Source: Hyphomicrobiales bacterium
Lineage (GTDB): Bacteria; Pseudomonadota; Alphaproteobacteria; Rhizobiales; UBA4765
Direction: 5' to 3'
Assembly (NCBI GenBank): GCA_019748135.1
Contig: JAIEPZ010000018.1
Span: 12,902-76,901 of the forward strand
DNA length: 64,000 bases
The translations under genes and the position numbers were made by a program. Positions 17,863 to 27,460 of this stretch are shown piece by piece (the stretch's first letter is position 1; each line of letters opens with the position of its first letter). A model generated the notes under the pieces. It had not been told where the DNA came from, ran no database searches, and saw nothing but the letters and a program-made list of their open reading frames with translations.

Positions 17863-19053
17863 TCAGTGGATATTCTCGATGGCCAGCGCGATCCCCTGAC
17901 CGCCGCCGATGCACATGGTAATCAGCCCGTAGCGGCCATTGATACGCTTCAGCTCATACATCGCCTTGATGGTGATAACGGCCCCGGTCGCACCGATCGG
18001 GTGACCAAGCGCGATCGCCCCGCCATTGACGTTGACCTTGTCGGCGGGAAAACCAAGCTCGCGAGACACTGCGCAGGCTTGCGATGCGAAGGCCTCGTTC
18101 GATTCGATCACATCGAAATCCTTGATGGTGAGACCGGTCTTGTGCATGAGGCTGCGCACCGCATCGACCGGGCCGATACCCATCACTTCCGGCGCCACGC
18201 CCGCATGGCCATAGCCGACGATGCGCGCCATCGGCTTGCGCTTGTCAGCCTCGGCGCGTTTGCCTGACATCAGCACCAGCGCCGCTGCGCCATCATTGAT
18301 GCCCGACGCATTGCCCGCCGTGACGCTGCCCTCCTTGCTGAAGACCGGCTTCAACCCGGCAAGGATGTCAGCCGTCGTATCGCCCTTCACGTGCTCATCG
18401 CTGGCAAAATCGACCATGTCGCGGCCTTTCTTGACCTTGACCGCGATGATCTGTTCCTTGAAACGCCCTTCCTTGATGGCGTGTGCCGCGCGCCGCTGGC
18501 TCTCGAGCGCAAACGCATCCTGATCAGCCCGCGAAATCTGCCAGCGCGCCGCGACGTTTTCAGCCGTCACCCCCATATGCCCGTGGCCAAACGGGTCATG
18601 CAGGGCTCCCAGCATCATATCCACGAACTTGGTATCCCCCATGCGCTGACCCTGGCGCAGCCAGGGCGCGGCAAACGGCGCCCGCGACATCGTCTCAACC
18701 CCGCCGGCGACCGCCACCTCGGCATCCTCGAGCATGATCGTCTGGGCGGCCGAGATAATCGCCTGCACGCCCGACCCGCACAGCCGGTTCAGCGTCAGCG
18801 CCGGCACCTCCTGCGGGATACCGCCCTCCATGGCCGCCACACGCGCCTGGTACATGTCTTTGGGCTCGGTATGGATGACATTACCGAACACCACATGACC
18901 GACCGTCTCCGGCTTGACGTCGGCGCGCTGCAGCGCCTCGCGTGTCACCAGGGCCCCGAGCTGGGTTGGCGGCGAATCCTTCAGGCTGCCGGCGAATGTG
19001 CCGATGCCTGTCCGCACGCCTGAAAGGATCACCACATCTTGCGTCTTGCTCAT
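17863..19053 (-). CDS. acetyl-CoA C-acetyltransferase (thiolase II)
   Basis: 'LNRLCGSGVQAI', 'NVNGGAIALGHPIGATG' and 'CIGGGQGIA'. Start chosen at the second of two adjacent ATGs for spacing from AGGAGA. Confidence 0.93.
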   Translation of the reverse strand: MSKTQDVVILSGVRTGIGTFAGSLKDSPPTQLGALVTREALQRADVKPETVGHVVFGNVIHTEPKDMYQARVAAMEGGIPQEVPALTLNRLCGSGVQAIISAAQTIMLEDAEVAVAGGVETMSRAPFAAPWLRQGQRMGDTKFVDMMLGALHDPFGHGHMGVTAENVAARWQISRADQDAFALESQRRAAHAIKEGRFKEQIIAVKVKKGRDMVDFASDEHVKGDTTADILAGLKPVFSKEGSVTAGNASGINDGAAALVLMSGKRAEADKRKPMARIVGYGHAGVAPEVMGIGPVDAVRSLMHKTGLTIKDFDVIESNEAFASQACAVSRELGFPADKVNVNGGAIALGHPIGATGAVITIKAMYELKRINGRYGLITMCIGGGQGIALAIENIH

Positions 19054-19240
19054 CATGCTCTCCTGTTTGTTTTCATGAAAGCTAGACGAGGCGCGCGCGA
19101 ATGGCGAGACATCACGCGCGCTCAACAGGCGGTGATTTGGTCGAATACGAAGGAAAAGTGAAAAGATACCTTAGTTTTCGGCGACTATAAGCATTTATAC
19201 GCGTTGATAAATACAACCCTGACCCGCTCGGGAGACTGGC

Positions 19241-19738
19241 ATGTCCGTTGAAACAGTCCTTTTTCTGTGCCCCGGCAATTTCGTTCGCTCCATTCTTGCT
19301 GAAGCCATCATGAACAAGCTGGGCGCCGGTCGCTTCCATGCCTTCAGCGCCGGCATGAATCCGCACCGCTGCATTCATCGCGAGGTCCGCAACCTTCTCA
19401 AGGAGAAGGGCTTTGGCATCGAAGGATTGGCGTCAAAACCGGTCGAACTCTTTATCGGCGCCAATGCGCCCCACCTCGATTATGTCATCACCCTGTGCGA
19501 GGCATCCCAGGAAAAAGGCTGCCCGACATTCGCCGGTCAGCCGCAGCGCGCCCGCTGGTCGCTACGCGATCCCTGCCAGGGCACCGCCAAGGGTGCCACC
19601 CGCCAGGCAATCGAGAGCGCCTTCCGGGATATTCATATGCTGATTGGCCTGTTTCTGCAGGCGCCCGATGCTGTCCACCGCCTGCTGCATCTGCCTGAAG
19701 GACATGTCCCGCGCATGCCCCAACTGCACGCCGCCTGA
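19241..19738 (+). CDS. low-molecular-weight phosphatase / ArsC-family protein (atypical P-loop)
   Basis: 'VLFLCPGNFVRSILAEA' has CX5R(S), and 'ITLCEASQEKGCP' supplies a distal Cys pair. It is a paralogue of the ArsC domain at 42734-43603. Confidence 0.75.
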   Translation: MSVETVLFLCPGNFVRSILAEAIMNKLGAGRFHAFSAGMNPHRCIHREVRNLLKEKGFGIEGLASKPVELFIGANAPHLDYVITLCEASQEKGCPTFAGQPQRARWSLRDPCQGTAKGATRQAIESAFRDIHMLIGLFLQAPDAVHRLLHLPEGHVPRMPQLHAA

Positions 19739-19742
19739 GGCG

Positions 19743-20057
19743 TCACACCATCGCGATCGACAGAAGTCGACGCTCGCGCGGGTCCGAACTGTCGCGGATT
19801 TCGCGCGGCGCACCCTCATAGATGACGCCAACCTCGCCGGGCTTGCGCCAGCTCACGCGCACCGAGCGCATCGTCTGGGTGTCGGGAAAATAAAGAAGAA
19901 ACCCCTCCGGCAAGGTCACCGACGCCGACATCTTGAGGCGCACCCCGGTTTCGGAAACATCGCGAACAGTGCAATCGACCACGAAGGAATAACCGCCATA
20001 GACGGCCTTCGCGCCCTTCAGGACGCGCTTTCTGGTCGCAATTCGCCGATTTTCCAT
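19743..20057 (-). CDS. PilZ-domain protein
   Basis: 'RIATRKRV' plus 'VRDVSETGVRL'. Start set at the ATG at 20057 (MENRR). Confidence 0.7.
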   Translation of the reverse strand: MENRRIATRKRVLKGAKAVYGGYSFVVDCTVRDVSETGVRLKMSASVTLPEGFLLYFPDTQTMRSVRVSWRKPGEVGVIYEGAPREIRDSSDPRERRLLSIAMV

Positions 20058-20212
20058 TGGCAGTCCCTCTGCGGCCGCTCCTGCGGCGTGTCCGTGATTA
20101 ACACGCATGTGGTTACCAGCTTATTGAGACAGCACCGGTCATTGACTCGCGCAATATTCCTTACCAAAAGGAAATACTCGACGACGGCCTTCGTATTTTG
20201 TATCATGAATGC

Positions 20213-20896
20213 ATGCGCAATTTTGAATCAGCCATTGGCATTACCCGCCGCTACCTCCATGACGAAGTCGCTGATCGGCTACGTGATCTCATCCTGAGTG
20301 GTGAACTCGTCCCCACCTCGCGCATCAATGAGGCGGAGCTGTGTGCGCGCTTCGGCACTTCGCGCACGCCTTTACGCGAAGCTATCAAGATATTGGCAAC
20401 AGAAGGTTTTCTTGATCTCTTGCCTAATCGCGGCGCCCGTGTCGCCACCATTTCGCTAGCCGAAATCGAGGAAATGGTGGAGGTCGTTGCGGGTCTTGAG
20501 GCAACCGCCGCTGAACTGGCCTGCCGCCGGATCACCGAAAAGGAGATTGCCGCCATCCAGGTCGACCACAACGCGATGCTGGCTGCATGGAAAGCGCGCG
20601 ATGAGATTGCCTATTTCGAACTCAATCGCGCCATTCACGAGGCGGTGATGGCGGCAAGCCGCAACACCACGCTGATCCAGATCTATGCCGGCATTTCCAA
20701 GCGCATCCAGACCATGCGTTACCGCGCTCACAAGACCGAAGCGCAATGGATCCGCGCCATTGGCGAGCATGAACGCATGCTGGCCCTCCTCATCGCGCGC
20801 GATGGCGACAAATTGGCGCAATTGATGAAGGACCATCTCCGCGGCAAGAAAGAGCCCATCGCCGCCGCCTATGGCGAAGCGTTGGAGATTGCGTGA
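20213..20896 (+). CDS. GntR family transcriptional regulator (FadR/FCD C-terminal type)
   Basis: wHTH 'SRTPLREAIKILATEGFLDLLPNRGARV' and a helical FCD-like C-terminus. The track start at 20198 is TTG; the first ATG is at 20213. Confidence 0.88.
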   Translation: MRNFESAIGITRRYLHDEVADRLRDLILSGELVPTSRINEAELCARFGTSRTPLREAIKILATEGFLDLLPNRGARVATISLAEIEEMVEVVAGLEATAAELACRRITEKEIAAIQVDHNAMLAAWKARDEIAYFELNRAIHEAVMAASRNTTLIQIYAGISKRIQTMRYRAHKTEAQWIRAIGEHERMLALLIARDGDKLAQLMKDHLRGKKEPIAAAYGEALEIA

Positions 20897-21034
20897 TAAC
20901 GATGCATTGACGGCTAGGTCTTTACCGGCTGCATCTTTGCCCGCCACATCTTCGCCGGCTGCAACAAGGCCGCCTTGCGCTCTCGCCGATGCCGCGCCTC
21001 ACGGCCCTTTGAAAACACGGTGTTTGAAAAAATC

Positions 21035-21123
21035 TGGTGCGGGCGGCCGGACTTGAACCGGCACAGACCTTTCGGTCCGACGGATTTTAAGTCCGTTGCG
21101 TCTACCGATTTCGCCACGCCCGC
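21035..21123 (-). tRNA. tRNA-Leu (anticodon UAA)
   Basis: The reverse complement reads GCGGGCG...ACGGA-CTTAAAA-TCCGT...GCCGG-TTCAAGT-CCGGC-CGCCCGC-ACCA. It has a 7-bp acceptor stem, a long variable arm, a T-loop and an encoded CCA. Confidence 0.9.
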
Positions 21124-21241
21124 ATTGGCGCGGTTATAGAGTGCGATACCGCCGGCGCAAAGAGGCAACCTGGCGTAATCAACTCCTCAATCTCCCTGCA
21201 GCCGCCTTTGTCAGCCAATGACAAAGCATGAGGCCATCCGC

Positions 21242-21745
21242 TCAACCGGTTGCGCCCTTGGCAATCGGCGGCTGGAAGGAGAGGCCGGTATCCCAGGGGA
21301 AGAAAATCCACGTATCCTGTGACACTTCGGTGACGAATGTGTCGACCAGCGGGCGCCCGAGCGGCTTGGCGTAAACGGTGGCGAAATGCGCCTTTGGCAG
21401 GAGTGCGCGCACCACTTGCGCTGTCTTGCCGGTGTCGACCAGATCATCGACGATGAGAACGCTGCCGCCTCCGCCGTTTCCAAATTCGATGATGTGAGGC
21501 GCCACCCCCTTCAGCACCTTCAGCTCGCCCTGCTTGTTGCTGTCGTGATAGCTCGCCACGCTGATCGTCTCGATGATGCGGATATCAAGCTCGCGGGCAA
21601 TGATCGCCGCCGGCACCAGCCCGCCGCGCGTCACGCAGACAATGGCTTCCCAGCTGCCAAGACCCGACAACCGCCACGCCAGCGCGCGCGAATCACGGTG
21701 GAACTGGTCCCAGGAGACCGGGAAGGCTTTGTTGGCTTCAGACAT
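21242..21745 (-). CDS. gpt: xanthine-guanine phosphoribosyltransferase
   Basis: '[19 protein letters not shown]', '[14 protein letters not shown]' and the PRPP loop '[13 protein letters not shown]'. Confidence 0.9.
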   Translation of the reverse strand: MSEANKAFPVSWDQFHRDSRALAWRLSGLGSWEAIVCVTRGGLVPAAIIARELDIRIIETISVASYHDSNKQGELKVLKGVAPHIIEFGNGGGGSVLIVDDLVDTGKTAQVVRALLPKAHFATVYAKPLGRPLVDTFVTEVSQDTWIFFPWDTGLSFQPPIAKGATG

Positions 21746-21787
21746 TGGTGTGTCTCGCATCTTGCGTTGGCGTAGGGTGAAACGAGA

Positions 21788-22543
21788 TTAGATCGGAGCG
21801 TTGTCAGCCTGCAACCGGGCGATCATCGCCCCGACCTCGCTCACGGCGCGCTCCAGGGCCGCTTCCTCCTTGCCGCGCACCACGATCTGGTTGCGAAAGC
21901 CCCCGGCCTGAAACGACGGATAGCTGCCAATCGACACCGCCGTATGGCGCAGGGCAAGCTCGCCAAGGCTCGCCGCATAGCGCCCTTCCGGCAGGCCGGC
22001 GGCATCGATTGTCCGGGCGATCATCTTCTGCCCGGTTTTGAGCCGGCCCGAGACGTCATCCAGCATTGCCTGCATGATGTTTGGCACACCCGCCATGACG
22101 ATGACATTGCCCAGCATGAAGCCCGGCGCCTTGGAAATAGGGTTGGCGATGAGGTCAGCGCCAGAGGGAATGCGCGCCATGCGCAGGCGCGCCGGATTGA
22201 GATCCTCGCGCTTGTAGCGCTCAAGCATCACGTTGACCGCCCGCTCGTCGATATCAATCTTCACACCGAAAGCCTTGGCGATGCAGTCAGCCGTGATGTC
22301 GTCGTGGGTCGGACCGATCCCCCCGGTGGTGAAGAGATAGGTGAAGCGCGATCGCAGCGCATTCACCGCCGCCACGATCTCCGCCTCGATATCCGGCACC
22401 ACCCTGACCTCGCGAAGGTCGATGCCGATCGCCGTCAGATACTCAGCGATATACCCGATATTCTTGTCCTTGGTGCGCCCTGACAAGATTTCATCGCCGA
22501 TCACCAGGATAGCTGCCGTGATCGTCTGCCCGTCATGTGCCAT
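21788..22543 (-). CDS. CinA-like molybdopterin-binding (MoCF_biosynth) protein
   Basis: 'AAILVIGDEILSGRTKDKN' and 'TTGGIGPTHDDIT'. Confidence 0.85.
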   Translation of the reverse strand: MAHDGQTITAAILVIGDEILSGRTKDKNIGYIAEYLTAIGIDLREVRVVPDIEAEIVAAVNALRSRFTYLFTTGGIGPTHDDITADCIAKAFGVKIDIDERAVNVMLERYKREDLNPARLRMARIPSGADLIANPISKAPGFMLGNVIVMAGVPNIMQAMLDDVSGRLKTGQKMIARTIDAAGLPEGRYAASLGELALRHTAVSIGSYPSFQAGGFRNQIVVRGKEEAALERAVSEVGAMIARLQADNAPI

Positions 22544-22699
22544 GCATCGCCCTCACTGCATGCCCATAGACGAAGGGGCGCGATGTCTCAAGCGCCGTGC
22601 TCCGCCACGCCGCCGGTGGCGACCACGAAACCCAAGCCTTGCATCCGACCTGCAAATTGCGCCATACAGTCCTATCTTCACCCGAGCACGCGATTTGCG

Positions 22700-23530
22700 A
22701 TGACCTTCATCGACGCCGGCCTGTCGCCCGCACGCAATACCGGGCGCATCAAGATCCATACGCAGGACGCCTTTCTTGCCATGCATGAGGCTGGCAGGTT
22801 GACGGCTCTTGCGCTCGACATGATGACGAACGAGGTGAGGCCGGGCATCACCACCGAGTATCTCGACACTCTGCTGCACCAGTTCGCGCACGACCATGGG
22901 GCCTTCCCCGCGCCTCTCAACTATCGAGGCTATACGAAGTCGATCTGCACCTCGCTCAACCACGTTGTCTGCCACGGCATTCCCAACGACAAACCGCTGC
23001 GCGAGGGTGATATCCTGAATATCGATGTCACACTCATTTATCATGGCTGGCATGGCGACAGTTCCCGCATGTATGCGGTGGGCGGGATTTCGCGGAAGGC
23101 AGAGCGCCTCATCGACGTCACTTACGAAGCGCTGCTGCGCGGGCTGGCAGCGATCCGCCCCGGCGCCACCACCGGCGATATCGGCGCGGCGATCCAGGAT
23201 TTTGCCGAAAAGGAGCGCTGTTCGGTGGTGCGCGATTTCTGTGGCCATGGTATCGGCCAGCTTTTTCACGACGCCCCCAACATCCTGCATTACGGGCACA
23301 GCGGAGAAGGCGTCGTGCTGCAGCCGGGCATGATGTTCACGGTCGAGCCGATGATCAATCTCGGACGCCCCCATGTGAAGATCCTGTCGGACGGATGGAC
23401 GGCGGTCACCCGCGACCGCTCCCTGTCCGCCCAGTTCGAACACACTGTCGGCGTGACCGAGACGGGGGTGGATATTTTCACACTGTCGCCGGCTGGCCTG
23501 CACCGGCCGACCTTTGCGCGCGCCGGCTGA
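22700..23530 (+). CDS. map: type I methionine aminopeptidase
   Basis: 'VCHGIPN', 'DVTLIYHGWHGDSS', 'FCGHGIG', 'FTVEPMIN' and 'QFEHTVGVT'. Start set at the ATG at 22700; the track extension to 22535 is non-homologous. Confidence 0.95.
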   Translation: MTFIDAGLSPARNTGRIKIHTQDAFLAMHEAGRLTALALDMMTNEVRPGITTEYLDTLLHQFAHDHGAFPAPLNYRGYTKSICTSLNHVVCHGIPNDKPLREGDILNIDVTLIYHGWHGDSSRMYAVGGISRKAERLIDVTYEALLRGLAAIRPGATTGDIGAAIQDFAEKERCSVVRDFCGHGIGQLFHDAPNILHYGHSGEGVVLQPGMMFTVEPMINLGRPHVKILSDGWTAVTRDRSLSAQFEHTVGVTETGVDIFTLSPAGLHRPTFARAG

Positions 23531-23539
23531 TCGCACTCC

Positions 23540-24250
23540 ATGAGCGATGACAGCGAACAACCCGCTGGCTTGGCAGATGGACCCCATTGGCTCGGCCATC
23601 GTGAACGCTTGCGTCACCGCTTCCGCGAAGGCGGCCCCGACGCGATTGCCGATTATGAATTGCTGGAATTGCTGCTCTTCCGCGCCATGCCCCGGCGCGA
23701 TGTGAAGCCGATTGCCAAGGAGCTTTTGCGCAAATTCGGCAGTTTCGCCGAAGTGATCGCCGCGCCCGAGGCAAGGCTGTGCGAGGTGAGCGGCATCGGT
23801 GCCTCGGCAGTCATTGAATTCAAGATCGTACTGGCCGCCGCCAACCGCCTGACCAAAGGCAAGGTCAAGGGGCGCACCGTTCTGCAGTCATGGAGCACTG
23901 TGCTCGACTATTGCCGCTCGACCATGGCGTTCGGTGCGATTGAGCAGTTCCGCGTGCTCTTTCTCGACAAGAAGAACGGCCTCATCGCCGACGAAGTCCA
24001 GCAGTCCGGAACGGTCGATCATACGCCGGTTTATCCACGCGAAGTGGTGAAACGGGCGCTTGAACTCTCGGCAAGCGCCCTCGTCCTCGTGCACAATCAC
24101 CCCTCGGGCGACCCAACCCCCTCGCAGGCCGATATCACCATGACTCGCCAGATCATCGATATCGCCAAGCCGCTCGGCATCGACATCCATGATCACATCA
24201 TTGTCGGAAAGGCAGGGCATATCAGCTTCCGCGCCGCCCGCTTATTGTAG
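23540..24250 (+). CDS. radC: RadC-family JAB/MPN domain protein
   Basis: '[11 protein letters not shown]', 'ELLELLLF' and the JAMM motif '[16 protein letters not shown]'. Confidence 0.88.
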   Translation: MSDDSEQPAGLADGPHWLGHRERLRHRFREGGPDAIADYELLELLLFRAMPRRDVKPIAKELLRKFGSFAEVIAAPEARLCEVSGIGASAVIEFKIVLAAANRLTKGKVKGRTVLQSWSTVLDYCRSTMAFGAIEQFRVLFLDKKNGLIADEVQQSGTVDHTPVYPREVVKRALELSASALVLVHNHPSGDPTPSQADITMTRQIIDIAKPLGIDIHDHIIVGKAGHISFRAARLL

Positions 24251-24362
24251 TGCGCGCTGTCGCAGCTGTTATTTGCCACGCCAGCCTGACGCAGATAGAC
24301 CACATCGACCAGCCGCAGGTGCGCGCAGACTGCCTCGTTATTGTTTTCTGAAAGGAATAAAC

Positions 24363-24908
24363 ATGCCCCATATCACTCCTCTCGCCCACGCTGATACGAC
24401 TGGCGACGTCAAGACGACGCTCGATACCATCAAAAACAGGATTGGCATGGTGCCCAATCTCTACGCGACGCTTGCCAAGGCACCCGCCGCCCTCAATGGC
24501 TTGCTGGCGCTCGGTGGCGCCCTCGAGAAAGGCCATCTGAGCAAACCGGAAGCGGAACTCATCGCCCTCATCGTTGGCCAGTTGAACGATTGCTCCTATT
24601 GCATCTCCGCCCATTCGATGATCGCCAAGGGCGCAGGCATCAGCCCGGCCGACATTCTGGCTGCGCGCGCCGGCACTCTGACAGGCGGGCGCAATGGCGC
24701 CATCGTCGCGCTTGCCAAAGCGATCGTCGAGAAGAAGGGCCATGTCGCCGCCGCCGATATCAAGGCTGCCAAGACGGGCGGGCTCGGCGAGGCCGAAATC
24801 CTTGAAGTAACCGCCCATGTGGTGAAGAACATCTTCACCAATTACGCCAACCACGTCGCTGACACAGACGTTGACTTTCCCAAGGTCGACCTCAAGCTGA
24901 CGGCCTGA
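24363..24908 (+). CDS. carboxymuconolactone decarboxylase / AhpD-like protein
   Basis: 'NDCSYCISAH' CxxC-H motif. Start set at the ATG at 24363 (MPHITPL). Confidence 0.85.
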   Translation: MPHITPLAHADTTGDVKTTLDTIKNRIGMVPNLYATLAKAPAALNGLLALGGALEKGHLSKPEAELIALIVGQLNDCSYCISAHSMIAKGAGISPADILAARAGTLTGGRNGAIVALAKAIVEKKGHVAAADIKAAKTGGLGEAEILEVTAHVVKNIFTNYANHVADTDVDFPKVDLKLTA

Positions 24909-24935
24909 TCCGTCGCACTCCCGGTGACATCTGTG

Positions 24936-24966
24936 AAGGCCGCCTTCCGGGGCGGCCTTTTCTATT
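24936..24966 (+). terminator. rho-independent terminator
   Basis: Stem AAGGCCGCC/GGCGGCCTT followed by TTCTATT. Confidence 0.65.
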
Positions 24967-25078
24967 GCCCGTTTTTTAAGCGATGATGCCCTGCACGCGC
25001 CATTGCACCTTTCTCAGGCACGTGCACAATTCTTCCTGGTGGCGATTGGCTGACGTCGCAGCGTGAGGACGATCAAGG

Positions 25079-26497
25079 GTGACCATGCCTTTCGATGAAA
25101 TGCATTCCGATCCTGCGGGAATTCGTTCCCCCTATCGCGATATCCAGTCATGGCTTGAATCAGCCCCCCTTGAGATGCTGGCACGCAAGCGTCATGAAGC
25201 CGAACTGTTTTTCCGCCGCATCGGCATCACCTTCGCCGTATATGGCGACAAGGAAGGCTCTGAACGTCTTATTCCCTTTGATATCGTGCCGCGTATTCTC
25301 TCGCGCCAGGAATGGCAGCGCCTGTCGCGCGGCCTTGAACAGCGCGTCAAGGCTCTGAACGCCTTCATCAAGGACGTTTACGGTGCCCGCGACTGTCTGA
25401 ATGCCGGTATCATTCCAGCCGAGCTGGTGCTGCAAAATCCATCGTTCAGACCGGAAATGACCCGAATCCGCACCGCCCACGACATCTACGTGATGATTGC
25501 CGGGATCGATATCGTCCGCGTTGATGCTGACACGTTCTACGTGCTTGAGGATAATGCGCGCACCCCCTCCGGCGTCAGCTATATGCTGGAAAACCGCGAA
25601 GTCATGCTGCGCATGTTTCCCGAGCTGTTTCAAAACAACCGCGTGCTGCCGGTCGAGAAATACACCGACGATCTGCTTGCCACCCTGAAATCGATCGCGC
25701 CCCGCTCGGCCACCTCCGACCCCAATGTCGTGCTGCTGACACCGGGCGTCTATAATTCGGCCTATTATGAACACTCGTTTCTGGCCGACAAGCTTGGCAT
25801 TGAGCTGGTCGAGGGCAGCGACCTCATCGTCAACGGCGATATCGTCTACATGCGCACCACCGAGGGGTTGAAGCGCGTCGACGTCATCTATCGCCGCGTC
25901 GACGATGAATTCCTCGATCCGCTGGCCTTCAATCCGCACTCCATGCTGGGTGTTGCCGGGTTGATGGGCGCTTACAAGGCCGGCAACGTCTCGCTCACCA
26001 ATGCGGTTGGCACCGGCGTTGCCGACGACAAAGCCGTTTACAGCTACATGCCCGAGATCATCCGTTTCTATCTTGGCGAGGAGGCGATCCTTAAGAATGT
26101 CCCGACCTGGCGGTGCCGTGAGCCGGACGCGCTTGCCTATGTGCTGGAACACATTGGCGAGCTTGTCGTCAAAGAAGTTCACGGCTCAGGCGGCTACGGC
26201 ATGCTGGTTGGTCCCAAGGCCGACAAGGCGACACGCGAGGCTTTTGCTGAAAAGCTGCGCGCCAACCCGGAAAATTACATCGCCCAGCCAACCCTTGCGC
26301 TCTCAACCGTGCCCACCCTGGTCGACGAAGGCATCGCGCCGCGCCATGTCGATCTGCGTCCCTTCGTCCTGTCAGGTGCTGACAAGATCCGCATCGTTCC
26401 AGGCGGCCTCACCCGCGTGGCGCTTCGCGAGGGATCACTGGTCGTCAATTCCTCGCAAGGCGGCGGCACCAAGGACACCTGGGTCGTTGATCAGTAA
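25079..26497 (+). CDS. circularly permuted type-2 ATP-grasp protein
   Basis: 472 aa. 'RIGITFAVYGD...ERLIPFDIVPRIL', 'RTPSGVSYMLENR' and 'VVKEVHGSGGYGM' match my memory of the family that heads alpha-E/transglutaminase operons. GTG 25079 or ATG 25085 could be the start. Confidence 0.88.
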   Translation: MTMPFDEMHSDPAGIRSPYRDIQSWLESAPLEMLARKRHEAELFFRRIGITFAVYGDKEGSERLIPFDIVPRILSRQEWQRLSRGLEQRVKALNAFIKDVYGARDCLNAGIIPAELVLQNPSFRPEMTRIRTAHDIYVMIAGIDIVRVDADTFYVLEDNARTPSGVSYMLENREVMLRMFPELFQNNRVLPVEKYTDDLLATLKSIAPRSATSDPNVVLLTPGVYNSAYYEHSFLADKLGIELVEGSDLIVNGDIVYMRTTEGLKRVDVIYRRVDDEFLDPLAFNPHSMLGVAGLMGAYKAGNVSLTNAVGTGVADDKAVYSYMPEIIRFYLGEEAILKNVPTWRCREPDALAYVLEHIGELVVKEVHGSGGYGMLVGPKADKATREAFAEKLRANPENYIAQPTLALSTVPTLVDEGIAPRHVDLRPFVLSGADKIRIVPGGLTRVALREGSLVVNSSQGGGTKDTWVVDQ

Positions 26498-26508
26498 GGA
26501 TACACCTG

Positions 26509-27453
26509 ATGCTTTCCCGCACCGCCGATAATCTGTTCTGGCTGTCGCGCTATATAGAGCGGGCGGAAAACCTTGCCCGCATTCTCGATGTCGCCTCGCG
26601 CCTTGCCAATCTGCCATCAGCCTATGCCGGCACATCGAATGAATGGGAAAGCGCGGTGGCGACCGCTGCCTGCGTCGATACCTTCCATGACGCATTTGAC
26701 GAGGTAACCCCCGAGAACGTCATCGAATTTCTGGCATTCTCGCCAACCAACCCCGGCTCGATCCGCAATTGCATCGAAACCGCTCGGCACAATGCCCGCG
26801 CTGTACGCACCGCGCTGACGGTCGAGATGTGGGAGATTATCAACAGCGCCTGGCTCGAATTGCAATCCCTGTCCGCTGAGCGCCTGCGCTCGGGGCCAGA
26901 ACTCGCGCGCTTTCTTGCCTGGGTGAAGGAAATGACGCTGCGCTTTGACGGCATCGCCTATCGGACGATGCTGCGCAATGACGCCTATTATTTCTCGCGC
27001 CTTGGCTTCCAGATCGAGCGGGCCGACAACACGGCCCGCATTCTTGACGTGAAATACCATGTCCTGCTGCCACAGACAGAACCTGTGGGAGGCGGGCTTG
27101 ATTATTTCCAGTGGGCAGCCGTGCTGCGTTCGGTATCGGCGCTGACCTCATATAACTGGATTTACCGCGACAGCGTCAAACCATGGCTTGTTGCCGATTT
27201 TCTCATTCTGCGTGAGGAGATGCCGCGCTCGCTCGCCTGCTGCTACGGCAATATTGTCCGCTTTCTGGATGAGCTGGCTGTTTCCTATGGCCGGCAGGGC
27301 GACGCGCAACGCCTGTCACGGCGCGTCTCGTCGGATCTGCGCAACGCCACCATTGAAGGTATTTTTCAGGGTGGCCTCCATGAATTCATTTCGCAATTCA
27401 TCGTTGGCAACAATCATGTCGCCCAGGCGATCACCAAACAATTCCTGACCTGA
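26509..27453 (+). CDS. alpha-E domain protein
   Basis: 'LSRTADNLFWLSRYIERAENLARILDV' and the second 'YYFSRLGFQIERADNTARILDV' repeat. Confidence 0.88.
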   Translation: MLSRTADNLFWLSRYIERAENLARILDVASRLANLPSAYAGTSNEWESAVATAACVDTFHDAFDEVTPENVIEFLAFSPTNPGSIRNCIETARHNARAVRTALTVEMWEIINSAWLELQSLSAERLRSGPELARFLAWVKEMTLRFDGIAYRTMLRNDAYYFSRLGFQIERADNTARILDVKYHVLLPQTEPVGGGLDYFQWAAVLRSVSALTSYNWIYRDSVKPWLVADFLILREEMPRSLACCYGNIVRFLDELAVSYGRQGDAQRLSRRVSSDLRNATIEGIFQGGLHEFISQFIVGNNHVAQAITKQFLT

Positions 27454-27460
27454 GGCGGCG

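Noticed and set aside
19241-21123. Genomic island integrated at tRNA-Leu(UAA).
   Set aside because: There is no integrase next to the tRNA. I found no duplicated copy of the tRNA 3' end, and the composition of the neighbouring genes looks native.
21206-21226. Hairpin CTTTGTCA-gccaa-TGACAAAG downstream of gpt as a terminator.
   Set aside because: The stem is 8 bp and AT-rich, with no following U-tract on the minus-strand transcript. That is too weak to call.
22535-22699. N-terminal extensions offered by the ORF track for map (22535), thrS (5284), coxL-like (55590), the MoxR ATPase (51159), the Anbu gene (28370), the Hsp70-like gene (31338) and the aquaporin (42936).
   Set aside because: The extensions are non-homologous, often Arg/Pro-rich, and overlap neighbouring genes. 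They lack ribosome-binding sites. Internal ATG/GTG codons with good Shine-Dalgarno spacing reproduce the family-typical N-termini.
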